Below, piece by piece: positions 51,134-61,132 of a stretch of 64,000 nt of DNA (within the stretch, counting starts at the first letter, position 1; each line of letters begins with the position of its first letter). The translations under genes and the position numbers were made by a program. A model generated the notes under the pieces. It saw nothing but the letters and a program-made list of their open reading frames with translations. It was not told the DNA's origin and made no database searches. The DNA comes from Candidatus Levyibacteriota bacterium (GTDB taxonomy: Bacteria; Patescibacteriota; Microgenomatia; Levybacterales; UBA12049), in contig DAIDHL010000004.1 in assembly GCA_027459745.1 (NCBI GenBank), positions 15,240-79,239 of the forward strand. Direction: 5' to 3'.

Positions 51134-51758
51134 ACTTATCCGGGCACAGCTCTCCCAGCGGGCAATCAGCACACACATGTGGACGAGCCGGGCAATATTC
51201 CCGACCAAAATTTATAAGTAAATGTGAGAAATCCAACCAATCTGCTTTGGGGACAATTTTCAGCAAATCTTGCTCAATCTTTTCGGGCGTCTTTTGTTTG
51301 GTTAGGCCTAAACGCTGAGACAAACGCATGACGTGAGTATCCACCGCAATTCCCTCGGCTTTACCAAAAGCATTACTCATCACCACATTGGCTGTTTTTC
51401 TCGCCACTCCCGGCAAACTATCCAATTCTTCCATCGTCTCTGGCACTTTACCATGAAATTTCTCGACGATCATTTTACTGGCGGCCACAATATTTTTGGC
51501 TTTATTAAAATGAAAATTAACTTTTTTGAGATGTTTATCCAATTCTTCGGGTGTTAGTTTGGCAAAATCTTCAGCAGTTTTATACTTCTTAAATAAATTT
51601 GGAGTAACAGTATTGACAGTTTTATCCGTCGCCTGGGCAGACAAAATGGTGGCAATCAACAGCTGCAAGGGAGTTTTATAATACAGCGCAGTATGTGGTT
51701 TGGGATAAACTTTCCTTAATCTTTTAATTATTTCCTTGACCTTCTCTTCCCTAGTCAT
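51132..51758 (-). CDS. nth: Endonuclease III
   Basis: LIATILSAQATD, LPGVARKTANVV, AVDTHV, C-x6-C-x2-C-x5-C. Confidence 0.96.
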   Translation of the reverse strand: MTREEKVKEIIKRLRKVYPKPHTALYYKTPLQLLIATILSAQATDKTVNTVTPNLFKKYKTAEDFAKLTPEELDKHLKKVNFHFNKAKNIVAASKMIVEKFHGKVPETMEELDSLPGVARKTANVVMSNAFGKAEGIAVDTHVMRLSQRLGLTKQKTPEKIEQDLLKIVPKADWLDFSHLLINFGREYCPARPHVCADCPLGELCPDK

Positions 51759-51809
51759 AATATTAGCAATTTTAGCACAAGGGGGTGTTTGTTATAATAG
51801 ATTTAATTT

Positions 51810-52391
51810 ATGATACGAAAAGCTACCCCTGATGATTTAGAAAGTATCTATTCTTTATATAAAGCAAATTCTCTTGACATTACTAATTTAGTAGATCCTA
51901 CTTATGCAACTAAGATACAAAGAGATGGATTTCTATTAGATCTTGAGGAAAAATCTGACATACTTGAACGGATACAAACGAATACTATCTTCAATGTTTA
52001 TGAGTTAGAAGGGAATGTTGTTGGTTTTATAAATATCAACAAAGAAATATACTTTCCGGAAGATTCTGATAATATTATCTGGTTTGATAATGATTTAAAG
52101 AACAAGTATTACCATCGAGACAGCTCCATAACACTTCATGAAATACTCATTAGCCAAACTCATAAAGAACAAGGGATTGGTAAACAATTATTAGAAAATA
52201 GTTTACAAATATTGAAAGAAATGGATTATACAGATTTATTTTCGATAGTAGTATTTGCTCCACTAACAAATTGTGCTTCAGTACTTTTTCATGCAAAAAA
52301 TGGATTTGAGAGAGCTTGTGTTAGTATGCCAACTGATTTATTCGGATTAAAGAATTACCAAAGCGTCCTTTTTCATCTACAAATTAAATAA
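51810..52391 (+). CDS. GNAT-family acetyltransferase
   Basis: MIRKATPDD, HKEQGIGKQLL, NCASVLFHAKNGF. Confidence 0.85.
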   Translation: MIRKATPDDLESIYSLYKANSLDITNLVDPTYATKIQRDGFLLDLEEKSDILERIQTNTIFNVYELEGNVVGFININKEIYFPEDSDNIIWFDNDLKNKYYHRDSSITLHEILISQTHKEQGIGKQLLENSLQILKEMDYTDLFSIVVFAPLTNCASVLFHAKNGFERACVSMPTDLFGLKNYQSVLFHLQIK

Positions 52392-52457
52392 TATTTTAAA
52401 CCCAATCCACCTGGGTGGTGGCCAATCATCTTAAAGTTATACTAGACCATGTTCGAT

Positions 52458-53303
52458 TTAATTATCAAGGTAGAAGATATAGACGTATCCGAAAGTTGTT
52501 ATAGAATAACCTGCTCCCATAGTACCCCCGAATGTGGGAGTTCCTTCTTTCTTAATTAAAATACCTAAATTTGCTAATTCAGCTAATGGCCCTATAAGCT
52601 CTTTTTCTTTTAAATGCTCCTGATAAGATATATTGTGCCATAACTCCTTTTCAGGCTTATTTGTATATCCGTATTTCTTTTTTAGAATCAAACTATTTAC
52701 ATTATAATTTTGATAAATGTATTTACTTATGTAGTCTGAGATTATAACTCTGTTTCTAGTGATATCTTCGAGTCTTTTTCCTTCTATTCCAGTTCTATCA
52801 GTGTACTGTAATAATTCTTTTTGTATATCCTCCTCAACTTTTCCCAATAGTTCATTTTTTATAAAGGTTAATATATTGAGCCCTGCAAAAGAAATTTGAT
52901 TTGTAGTCCAAATCAGCTTTTCAACTTCAAACTTTTCAATCTCTTCTTTATTTTTATCGGTTAAGTTTAAAAGTATTTTCTGATAGGCTCGTCTTTTTTC
53001 ATTAGCTCTTTCTTTAATATATGCTTCCAATAAAAGAACAAAGCAGTCTTGAAACTCCTCATGCTCAAATAGCTTTTGGCTAAATTTCCCTAAATTATCT
53101 CTAACAAACTCTACCCATTCTAAAACACGCTGCTGCCGTAATTTCATCCCTCTTCCGAAGTATGCTTTAGATAGTTTATAAGCAATATTTATACCCGGAA
53201 TCGAAGTAGCAATAGCATCTACAACCTCATCTGCTGTAATAGAGCCTACCTCTTCAAGCAGTAGCTCATCACTCTTTGTTATTTTTGCAATTTTACGTTT
53301 CAT
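52458..53303 (-). CDS. Hypothetical protein with Abi-alpha/DUF4393-like architecture
   Basis: SIPGI N-terminal helix pair, ERANEKRRAYQKIL, C-terminal winged-helix-like LANLGIL...YSITTFG; AT-rich. Confidence 0.45.
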   Translation of the reverse strand: MKRKIAKITKSDELLLEEVGSITADEVVDAIATSIPGINIAYKLSKAYFGRGMKLRQQRVLEWVEFVRDNLGKFSQKLFEHEEFQDCFVLLLEAYIKERANEKRRAYQKILLNLTDKNKEEIEKFEVEKLIWTTNQISFAGLNILTFIKNELLGKVEEDIQKELLQYTDRTGIEGKRLEDITRNRVIISDYISKYIYQNYNVNSLILKKKYGYTNKPEKELWHNISYQEHLKEKELIGPLAELANLGILIKKEGTPTFGGTMGAGYSITTFGYVYIFYLDN

Positions 53304-53304
53304 G

Positions 53305-54150
53305 TTATTTTACATATGCATCCTCGGCAATAGTAACACCAATTTTTTTAATTCTAGGACCTTTTTCTTCAATTACTACGGGTACAATTCCCTTATAAAA
53401 TCTGGCAGCAAAAGAGAAAATCATTAAATCTCTAACAAATACAAAAATGTTGTGATATACAATTTCAGAAAATTCTTTTGCTGATTGTTGTTTAGATGTC
53501 TTGGGAACCGAAATTGAGAGTTTACCATTTTTATCATATTCACAAACTAGTGGTGTCATTCGGATATTTTTATAATGTTGAGTAGTAGTCCTTAGCCTAA
53601 TAATAGATTCTGAGCAAGGTTTAAAAAGCTCAACTATTTGAATGATATTTGCTATTTTTTCATTATCTTCACTTGGAGTATTATTCTTAATCGCTTTAAT
53701 TAATTTTTCGCCATTTTCGCCGTATGTATGCAATTTAATACCAAGTAAAGGCTCAAACATTTTCATCAATATGTCCAAGGTAGATTTAGCCTGACTCAAT
53801 ACTTCTTCAATAGTTCCTTCTAAAATATCAGAATGTTGGGCTATACGTTTACCATCTTTTTTTATTTTTTCTTTAAATTCTTCTACTAAATCTGTCTCTT
53901 CCTCTGCATATCTATCTACAGCATTTGCTAATTTACTAAGCTTTTTAAATATCTCGATTGATGTAAGAAATAGATATTCTTTCTGCTTCGCTGGAATATC
54001 TATGGCTTGTTGAGGTATTCCTAACAAATTCATTATAAATTGTTCTCCAATTTCTTGACCTTTTTTAGACGTAAGAAGAATTAAATTTGTTGAGTTAGGA
54101 GTTAAATTAAATCTCTTCTCTTTTGCTTCAGTCTTTTTGTTATCATCCAT
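53305..54150 (-). CDS. Putative HEPN-domain (Cthe_2314-like) RNase
   Basis: E..LSQAKSTLDIL helix and RxxxxH motif (RTTTQH, 53575-53592); 1-nt gap to the next gene. Confidence 0.5.
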   Translation of the reverse strand: MDDNKKTEAKEKRFNLTPNSTNLILLTSKKGQEIGEQFIMNLLGIPQQAIDIPAKQKEYLFLTSIEIFKKLSKLANAVDRYAEEETDLVEEFKEKIKKDGKRIAQHSDILEGTIEEVLSQAKSTLDILMKMFEPLLGIKLHTYGENGEKLIKAIKNNTPSEDNEKIANIIQIVELFKPCSESIIRLRTTTQHYKNIRMTPLVCEYDKNGKLSISVPKTSKQQSAKEFSEIVYHNIFVFVRDLMIFSFAARFYKGIVPVVIEEKGPRIKKIGVTIAEDAYVK

Positions 54151-54241
54151 AATATTATCACACCTCAATGTATCTTTTTATAGCCAATGAACTCAATGAC
54201 ACGCCTCCCCTGTTCAAATATTTGCTATCCACACATAAAAC

Positions 54242-54316
54242 AAAAAAAACTTCTTGCGAAGTTCTCGTGGGCGGGCATTTTATTGTCTGTCCAGGCTAAC
54301 TCGCCTGTATTTTGTT
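54242..54316 (-). ncRNA. Candidate ~75-nt small RNA
   Basis: Extended -10 TGCTATACT (54323-54331), hairpin CAGGC-gaguua-GCCUG, terminator GAACUUC-GCAA-GAAGUUUUUUUU. Confidence 0.45.
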
Positions 54317-54480
54317 ATGAGGAGTATAGCAAAAATAATATTACAATGCTAGAATTTGTGGCAAATATTATAGGAATAGTTTGTATCTAATATAAATTAG
54401 GTCTCAGAATTTATTTGATTTTTGGAATTTGGGGGTTGGGATTTATAGAGAATAAAATTTTTAATACAAACCTCATCCTA

Positions 54481-54504
54481 TCCTTCTCCTAAGAGGAGAA
54501 GGGA
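54481..54504. repeat. Strong hairpin just downstream of rnj
   Basis: TCCTTCTCCT-aag-AGGAGAAGGGA. Confidence 0.6.
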
Positions 54505-54512
54505 GATTAAGA

Positions 54513-56252
54513 TTAGATCTCAATCACTATCGGCATGATGAGGGGGCGGCGGCGGAGTTGTTTAAATACCAACTTACCCGTAATATCAGATATAAGCTTG
54601 CGCATATGCACCCAATTATTTACCCTGCTCTTCTTTGCACTCAAATTATTGCGAATCTCCCTCTCCAAAGAACCTTTGATATCCTGCACATCAGTCTGCA
54701 ATAAACCTCTCGTCACCACTTCTGGTGGACTAACTAATTGTCCATCCTCAGCTGACACTTCCACCATCACAATCATAATACCCTCTTTGGCCAATTGCTC
54801 CCGATCACGCAGAATAAAATTTTCTACCTCTTCACCCGAATACTGATCCACATACACATGCTCAATCTGAATTCTCTTGCCCAGACGCATACTCTCCTGA
54901 TTCAATAACACTTCCTGACCATCCTCTATCAACAACACATTCTTGCGTTGATAACCAAACTTCTCAGCTAGACGTCTATAAGCCACCATTTGCTTATAAT
55001 TACCACTAATCGGAATCAAAAACTTCGGTCTGGTCAAAGACATCAGCAGCATACTATCGTCAGACGATCCATGACCGGATACGTGAAATTTGTCAGACAC
55101 TTGGGTATATAACACTCTAGCTCCACTCTTAGACAGCGTATCCACCAATTGATCCACCAACACTTCATTGCCCGGAATAGGATCAGAAGAAAAAATTATT
55201 ACATCATCAGGAGATAATTTGACGTCTTTGTGCTCGCCATTGGCAATTCTACTCATACCGGAATTTTCCTGACCCTGCGCACCAGCCACTAATAACAACA
55301 ATTGCTTGTCACTATAATTTTTCAGTTCATCCATCTCGATGATGGTATTCTGTCGCACCTGCAAATAACCAATCTGTCGTCCTATATCTGAGTTCTTAAT
55401 CAAAGAACGACCAATAAAACAAACTTTACGATTGTATTTTTCCGCTGCTTTAATCGCTTGATTCAAACGAGAAATATTCGAGGAATAAGTCGTAATAATA
55501 CATTTACCCTTACAATTCTCCACTTCCCGTTCAAAACTTTCAGCAATTGAGTCTTCCGAAGGAGTAAAGCCTTTACGTTCTGCACCCAAACAGTCAGCCA
55601 ACAAACACATAATTCCCTGATTGGCAGCATTCACAATACCGGCAAAATCAGTTTTCTTGCCATCAGCTGGCGTCAAATCAAATTTGTAATCAGCCGCATG
55701 ATAAAAATTGCCGACGGGAGTCTTGACAAAAATATGTGAACTATCAGGAATAGAATGAGTCACACGGATGAAGGAAACGGTAAAAGGACCCAAATTTATT
55801 TCCCGATTATCAAAAGGCACGGTTTCGACTTTACCAGGTAGTTCAAACTCTTTTAATTTGGCATTGGCAAAAGCAGCGGTTAAGGGAGAAGCATACATGG
55901 GGAAATTATAACCAGCTGATTGCAACTGAGGTAGAACAAATGGCAATGCCCCGATATGATCCTCATGACCATGTGAGAATACCATCCCTACGATCTTTTT
56001 ATTCTTATTATTCTTCAACAAATAACGTACATCTGGCAACAATAGATCCACACCCAACATCGTCTCGTCTGCAAAGCCCATACCGCAATCTACAATCAGA
56101 ATCTGATCCTTATATTCATAGAGATACATATTGCGCGTGACATCACCCGGCCCACCTAAGGGTAGCAGGGAAAGTATATCGTTATTTTTTTTGAAAAACT
56201 TCTTTTGTCCTTCTGGAGCAAATTGAGGTTGCTTCGTTAAATTTTCATCCAT
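54513..56252 (-). CDS. rnj: Ribonuclease J
   Basis: SHGHEDHIG, THSIPD, SNISR, IPGNE, HVSGHG, RRPLIMPIV. Confidence 0.95.
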   Translation of the reverse strand: MDENLTKQPQFAPEGQKKFFKKNNDILSLLPLGGPGDVTRNMYLYEYKDQILIVDCGMGFADETMLGVDLLLPDVRYLLKNNKNKKIVGMVFSHGHEDHIGALPFVLPQLQSAGYNFPMYASPLTAAFANAKLKEFELPGKVETVPFDNREINLGPFTVSFIRVTHSIPDSSHIFVKTPVGNFYHAADYKFDLTPADGKKTDFAGIVNAANQGIMCLLADCLGAERKGFTPSEDSIAESFEREVENCKGKCIITTYSSNISRLNQAIKAAEKYNRKVCFIGRSLIKNSDIGRQIGYLQVRQNTIIEMDELKNYSDKQLLLLVAGAQGQENSGMSRIANGEHKDVKLSPDDVIIFSSDPIPGNEVLVDQLVDTLSKSGARVLYTQVSDKFHVSGHGSSDDSMLLMSLTRPKFLIPISGNYKQMVAYRRLAEKFGYQRKNVLLIEDGQEVLLNQESMRLGKRIQIEHVYVDQYSGEEVENFILRDREQLAKEGIMIVMVEVSAEDGQLVSPPEVVTRGLLQTDVQDIKGSLEREIRNNLSAKKSRVNNWVHMRKLISDITGKLVFKQLRRRPLIMPIVIEI

Positions 56253-56278
56253 ATTTCTAAATTTGTAAACTAATTACC

Positions 56279-56340
56279 TGCCATCCTAAACTTGATTCAG
56301 GATCCATTCTTGCTGGATTCCAGCTTCCGCTGGAATGACA
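56279..56340. repeat. REP/RPE-like palindromic element
   Basis: TGCCATCCTAAACTTGATTCAGGATCCA...TGGATTCCAGC-ttcc-GCTGGAATGACA. Confidence 0.75.
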
Positions 56341-56395
56341 ATTTGAAATTCTAAACCCTATTATACCATTTTTTAACCTATAATTCTTAATTATA

Positions 56396-57661
56396 CTACC
56401 AGCTTGGTAGGAATTCTTTGATATTTGTATCATTTACTAACACTGTTTGTGCTTTGCCTTCCACAATTAACCTCGCAGATTTACGGCACATATTATCGAT
56501 AGTTCTTTCCAAAGTACGAATACCCGAATCAAATCCCAAGGGTCTGATAACCCCCGCCCACGAATTTTCATCTATAGTCATTTGCTGCGGTAATAATCCT
56601 GCCTGTTGTCTTATCTTGGGAAAAAGATAAGTTTTGGCAATTACTATTTTTTCCTCATCAGAATAAGAGGGCATTTGGATAATTTCCAGACGATCCATCA
56701 CGGCCGTTGAAATAGCCGTCGTATTATTAGCCGTGGCTACAAACAATACATTCGAGAGATCAAAAGGATAATCAATATAATGATCTATAAAAGCTGCATT
56801 TTGTTCTGGGTCCAAAAGCTCAACCAACACGCCCATAATGTCGGCACGTGAGGCTTCAGTTACACGATCCAATTCATCAAGTAAAATAACCGGATTCTTT
56901 GTTTTAGCATGCACTAACTTCTTAATGACCGACCCCGGCTCTGCATCAGGAAAAGCTCTTGACTGGCCTCTTAAAGCCAATGAATCAGCCATGCCCCCAA
57001 ACGGTATGCGCTCAAATTGTTTACCTAGCGCTTCAGAAATGGACTTTGCAAGGGTGGTTTTCCCTGTCCCCGCCAAGCCAACTAAACACAAAATGGGTGC
57101 ATGTTGAATATTATTCACCCCACCATTCTTTAGATTTAGAATAATTGTAGCCAGATAATCCAAAATTCTACTTTTAATAGGCTCTAGTCCGTAATGATTT
57201 TTATCCAAGATTTCTTTGGCTTTGACCAAATTCAATGAATCTTCACTCAACGTAGTCCATGGAAGACCAATGACCCAATTAATATAGTTGGAAGTACTTT
57301 CATATTCCAAAATATAATTAGAGCTCATAAATCCTGAGCTGGCTCTAATCAGAGCCAAACGGGCTATGCGCTCAACCAATGATTGATGCAGATCCATTGG
57401 CAGCTTCACGGAGTCAATTTTCTCGCCTAATTTTCTTATTTGATCATTCGAGTTCATTTTTGCTTTGTCCTCTTCCTTCTCTTTAGTTGCGGTTTGGCGA
57501 TTATCTGCCGAAATTATCTCCGGTCCCTGTGCAGGAGTGGGAACATTTTGTGGTGTTGACACACTTTGATTAACTGGTTGAGTCTGAGCTGGTGGAGCAT
57601 TTATTCCAGTGGCTGGGACACTAGAAGAAACCAAATTATCCGGTTGGGCAGTGGGATTCAT
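56396..57661 (-). CDS. Lon-type AAA+ ATPase lacking the protease domain
   Basis: LPW, LDKNHYGLE.IK.RI, LCLVGLAGTGKTT, NPVILLDELD, LLDPEQN..F.DHY; stops at IKEFLPSW with no Ser-Lys protease domain. Confidence 0.85.
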   Translation of the reverse strand: MNPTAQPDNLVSSSVPATGINAPPAQTQPVNQSVSTPQNVPTPAQGPEIISADNRQTATKEKEEDKAKMNSNDQIRKLGEKIDSVKLPMDLHQSLVERIARLALIRASSGFMSSNYILEYESTSNYINWVIGLPWTTLSEDSLNLVKAKEILDKNHYGLEPIKSRILDYLATIILNLKNGGVNNIQHAPILCLVGLAGTGKTTLAKSISEALGKQFERIPFGGMADSLALRGQSRAFPDAEPGSVIKKLVHAKTKNPVILLDELDRVTEASRADIMGVLVELLDPEQNAAFIDHYIDYPFDLSNVLFVATANNTTAISTAVMDRLEIIQMPSYSDEEKIVIAKTYLFPKIRQQAGLLPQQMTIDENSWAGVIRPLGFDSGIRTLERTIDNMCRKSARLIVEGKAQTVLVNDTNIKEFLPSW

Positions 57662-57743
57662 GATGCTTATATCATACGCAAAATATATTTATTTGGCAAA
57701 CATTTTGCTTGTTTCTTATCATTAACCAAACTACAATTAAAAC

Positions 57744-58677
57744 ATGGTTGCATTAGAAAAACATAGTCATGTACCAAAATGGAGATCAGCTCTTTTTACA
57801 ATGGCTAACCGTCATCTTACACGCCCCCTAGCTGAGCGCTCATTTAATCCCAAGGTTGCAGAACGAGCACTTGCTTCGGCAGAGCGAATTCCTCAAGAAC
57901 AAGTCGCGCAAATCGCACAAAGGATAGGTTTATTCTATGAGATAGATTCAGAACAAATCGCACAAGCTGCACAAACTCCTGCCTATATTTATAACCGAGA
58001 ACAAAAAATGCAAGAAGAATTATTGTATCTCTATCAAAATCTTAGACAAGAACGCGTAGCAGACAGAAATAAATCATTAAAGAATCGTCGAGTCATGAAA
58101 TCAGGCACCAAACGCTTTTGGCAAGCAGTAAAAGATTATACAAAAGAATATAGGACTTTTCCTGAATTTGAACGAGATCTAGCAAATATCTTCTCCCATA
58201 AACGTCAAGACATTGAAGAAGAAGGAGGCAGTTTTGAAGCCACACCTAAACCTAAAATCATTATCTTAAATGAAGAAATTGATAAATTTCAAAACATTCT
58301 CGACCATGAAGTTTATCATGCCTTGACATATTTTCCACCTACTTCACCTCAGACTTATGACGCTACTATTGGTTTCTCTCATAAAGGATCAAGTAAATTC
58401 TCGAATATGCTCACTGAAGCTTGCACCGAGGTACTTCGTATTGCCGAAGCACATCCAGATCTTTCTACACTGGATCTTTATACGCTTATATCTGATGATT
58501 ATGCATTCTTCACGCACTGCAAAAACTGAACCGCCCTTCACTACTCGAGATTTAGCAAAATTTTACTTTAAACCAAGAGCAGGTGTAAAGACTGGAGAAG
58601 AACTAACTAAGTTATTAACTTCTCATTTAAATGAAGATGAAATATCTATGAGTTTGTCGGCGATCACTGACGCTTAG
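57744..58677 (+). pseudogene. HExxH metallopeptidase-like protein, apparently split by a frameshift near 58500-58529
   Basis: LDHEVYHAL plus MLTEACTE in ORF 57744-58529; an overlapping frame continues protein-like to 58677. Confidence 0.5.
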
Positions 58678-60965
58678 AAGTGTTTTTTGCGGCGCATACC
58701 TTTGCCAAATCTATCGTTACGATTAAAATTGTCTCCTCTTTCACGTCTGAATTGCTGTGACAATGGATGATCTGTACCATGTCTAGCCTCATCTCGATCA
58801 GGCCTTTCACCTCTCTCATTATTTCTCTTTTGTTCCTGTTCTTTAGCTTCTTCGACTGATAGCATTGATAAATTAATTCTTCCCTGATCATCAACCTGAA
58901 TTACTCTGACTTTCACAACTTGACCAACTTGCACAACATCTTCAGGAGATTTTACAAAGTCCTTGGACATTTGTGAAACATGTACCATACCTTCTTTGCC
59001 TGGCAAGAATTCTACAAAAGCTCCAAAAGACAAGATTCTTTTGACCGGACCTTCAAATTCTTCACCTATTTGTACTTCACGTACAATTCCTTTGACCCAA
59101 TCATAAGCCTTTTGAACTGACTCATCGCTGGTACCAGAAACAGTAACAGTTCCATCATCTTCCACATCTACTGTGGCTCCAGTTTGAGCAATGATATGTT
59201 TGATAGTCTTTCCACCAGGTCCGATAATTTCTCCTATGCGGTCAACCGGAATTTGCAAAACTTCGATCTTGGGTGCATAAGCAGACAATTCTGAGCGAGA
59301 AGAAGGCATAACACTCTGCATAACTTCTAAAATTTGCATTCTGGCTTTTTTAGCACGTTCAAATATCTCAGCAATTTGTTCGACTGTCAAACCCAGAACT
59401 TTAACATCCAGCTGAATAGCCGTGACACCAGTATCAGTTCCTGCAACTTTAAAGTCCATATCGCCAGAGAAATCTTCCAGTCCAATAATGTCAGTTAACA
59501 ACACATACTTGTCTTCATCTGACATCATACCGACAGAAATTCCAGCCACTGGTTTGATGATTGGTACACCTGCATCCATTAAAGCCAAAGTAGAGCCACA
59601 AGTAGAAGCCATAGAAGTAGAGCCATTGGAGGACATAATTTCTGACACTACACGAATAGTGTATGGGAAAACATCTCTGCTTGGAATAACTGCTTCCAAA
59701 GCTCTTTCTGCCAATGCACCATGTCCAATTTCACGACGAGATGGTGTACCCATTCTGCCAGCTTCACCTACAGAATATGGTGGCATGGAATAATGATGAA
59801 TATATCGCTTACTTTCTTCACCTTCTGCTGATTCAATTAATTGTTCCATGCGTGGAGAACCTAAAGTAACAACCGTCAAAGCCTGTGTCATACCGCGCTG
59901 GAAAATAGCTGATCCATGAGTTCTAGGCAAAAGACCAACTTCAACATGCAAAGGACGAATCTCATCCATCTTACGGCCATCGGCTCTCTTTCCATTTTTC
60001 AGAACATCAGAGCGAATTTGTTTGAACATGACATATTCCATCGCCTTGGCGATAGTTTTTTTGTCGACTTCACTACCTCCGTCGCGCATCTTTTCTGTAT
60101 CGTAAATCTTATTCAACAAAATATCTGTTTCATCGCCGCTGCCTTCCTTGCTGACACGAGATACAACTAAGTCCTTAATATCTGTTAAATATTCTTTCTC
60201 AATTAAGGCGGCTACTTCATGTAATTTGGTATTTGGTACCACTACTTTCTTCTCTTGACCAACTTTAGCTCTAAATTCTTCAATATATTTGATGATTTCT
60301 CCGGTTGCATTGTGGGCCTCTTTGGCGGCTTCAACCAATACATTTTCTGGTACTTGTTTTGCTCCAGCTTCGATCATGTGAGTTTTTTCTTTGGTTTGAC
60401 TGAAGACGATGTCTAATTCTGAATGCAATGTCTCAGAAGTAGTTGGGTTGACGATTAATTCACTGCCATCATCTGGACTTTGCACATATCCAACACGCAC
60501 TGCACCAATTGGTCCTTTCCAAGGAATACGTGAGATATGCAAAGCAGCCGAAACTGCGATAAGCGATAAGATATCCGGTTCGTGTTCGCCATCAACTGAC
60601 AAGACAGTAACAACTACCTGAACTTCATTTTTGTATTCTTTTGAAAATAAAGGACGAATAGAGCGGTCAATCAAACGGCCGATCAAAATTGATTCATCAG
60701 TTGGACGACCTTCACGTTTTACCCAACGAGAACCTTTGATTCTTCCACCAGCATATAATCTTTCGACATATTCAACTGACAGTGGGAAATAATCAATATC
60801 TTCACGGAGTTTGCCTTCTACGACTGTAGCGTGCACCATAGTATCACCCATGCGGGCTAACACAGCGGCTGTAGCTTGTTCAGCCAAACGACCTGTTTCT
60901 AAGGTTACCTTTTCTCCTGCTAATTCAAATTCTAAGGAGACAATTTTATTTGCTTTTTTTGCCAT
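58674..60965 (-). CDS. pnp: Polyribonucleotide nucleotidyltransferase (PNPase)
   Basis: DYFPLSVEY, RREIGHGALAERAL, SNGSTSMAS, GDMDFKVAGT, KH and S1 domains. Confidence 0.98.
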   Translation of the reverse strand: MAKKANKIVSLEFELAGEKVTLETGRLAEQATAAVLARMGDTMVHATVVEGKLREDIDYFPLSVEYVERLYAGGRIKGSRWVKREGRPTDESILIGRLIDRSIRPLFSKEYKNEVQVVVTVLSVDGEHEPDILSLIAVSAALHISRIPWKGPIGAVRVGYVQSPDDGSELIVNPTTSETLHSELDIVFSQTKEKTHMIEAGAKQVPENVLVEAAKEAHNATGEIIKYIEEFRAKVGQEKKVVVPNTKLHEVAALIEKEYLTDIKDLVVSRVSKEGSGDETDILLNKIYDTEKMRDGGSEVDKKTIAKAMEYVMFKQIRSDVLKNGKRADGRKMDEIRPLHVEVGLLPRTHGSAIFQRGMTQALTVVTLGSPRMEQLIESAEGEESKRYIHHYSMPPYSVGEAGRMGTPSRREIGHGALAERALEAVIPSRDVFPYTIRVVSEIMSSNGSTSMASTCGSTLALMDAGVPIIKPVAGISVGMMSDEDKYVLLTDIIGLEDFSGDMDFKVAGTDTGVTAIQLDVKVLGLTVEQIAEIFERAKKARMQILEVMQSVMPSSRSELSAYAPKIEVLQIPVDRIGEIIGPGGKTIKHIIAQTGATVDVEDDGTVTVSGTSDESVQKAYDWVKGIVREVQIGEEFEGPVKRILSFGAFVEFLPGKEGMVHVSQMSKDFVKSPEDVVQVGQVVKVRVIQVDDQGRINLSMLSVEEAKEQEQKRNNERGERPDRDEARHGTDHPLSQQFRRERGDNFNRNDRFGKGMRRKKHF

Positions 60966-61058
60966 AATTTTAATCTTTTGTTAGTATAACACAGTACTTG
61001 TGTAAAGAAGAATAGTTATTATTATTCTATACATCCAACTATGCGGTCTGTAGAAGAT

Positions 61059-61127
61059 AGTATTACGTATTAGGTATGATGTATTAGGCAACTTCTGCAT
61101 AATACGAAATACTCAATACATAATACT
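61059..61127. repeat. Inverted pair of heptamer arrays forming a long hairpin between rpsO and pnp
   Basis: AGTATTA CGTATTA GGTATGA TGTATTA ... ATAATAC GAAATAC TCAATAC ATAATAC. Confidence 0.7.
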
Positions 61128-61132
61128 GACTT

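Noticed and set aside
54187-54390. 67-aa plus-strand ORF as a type I toxin
   Set aside because: No clear TM helix or RBS; it runs antisense through a promoter and terminator, so it is probably spurious
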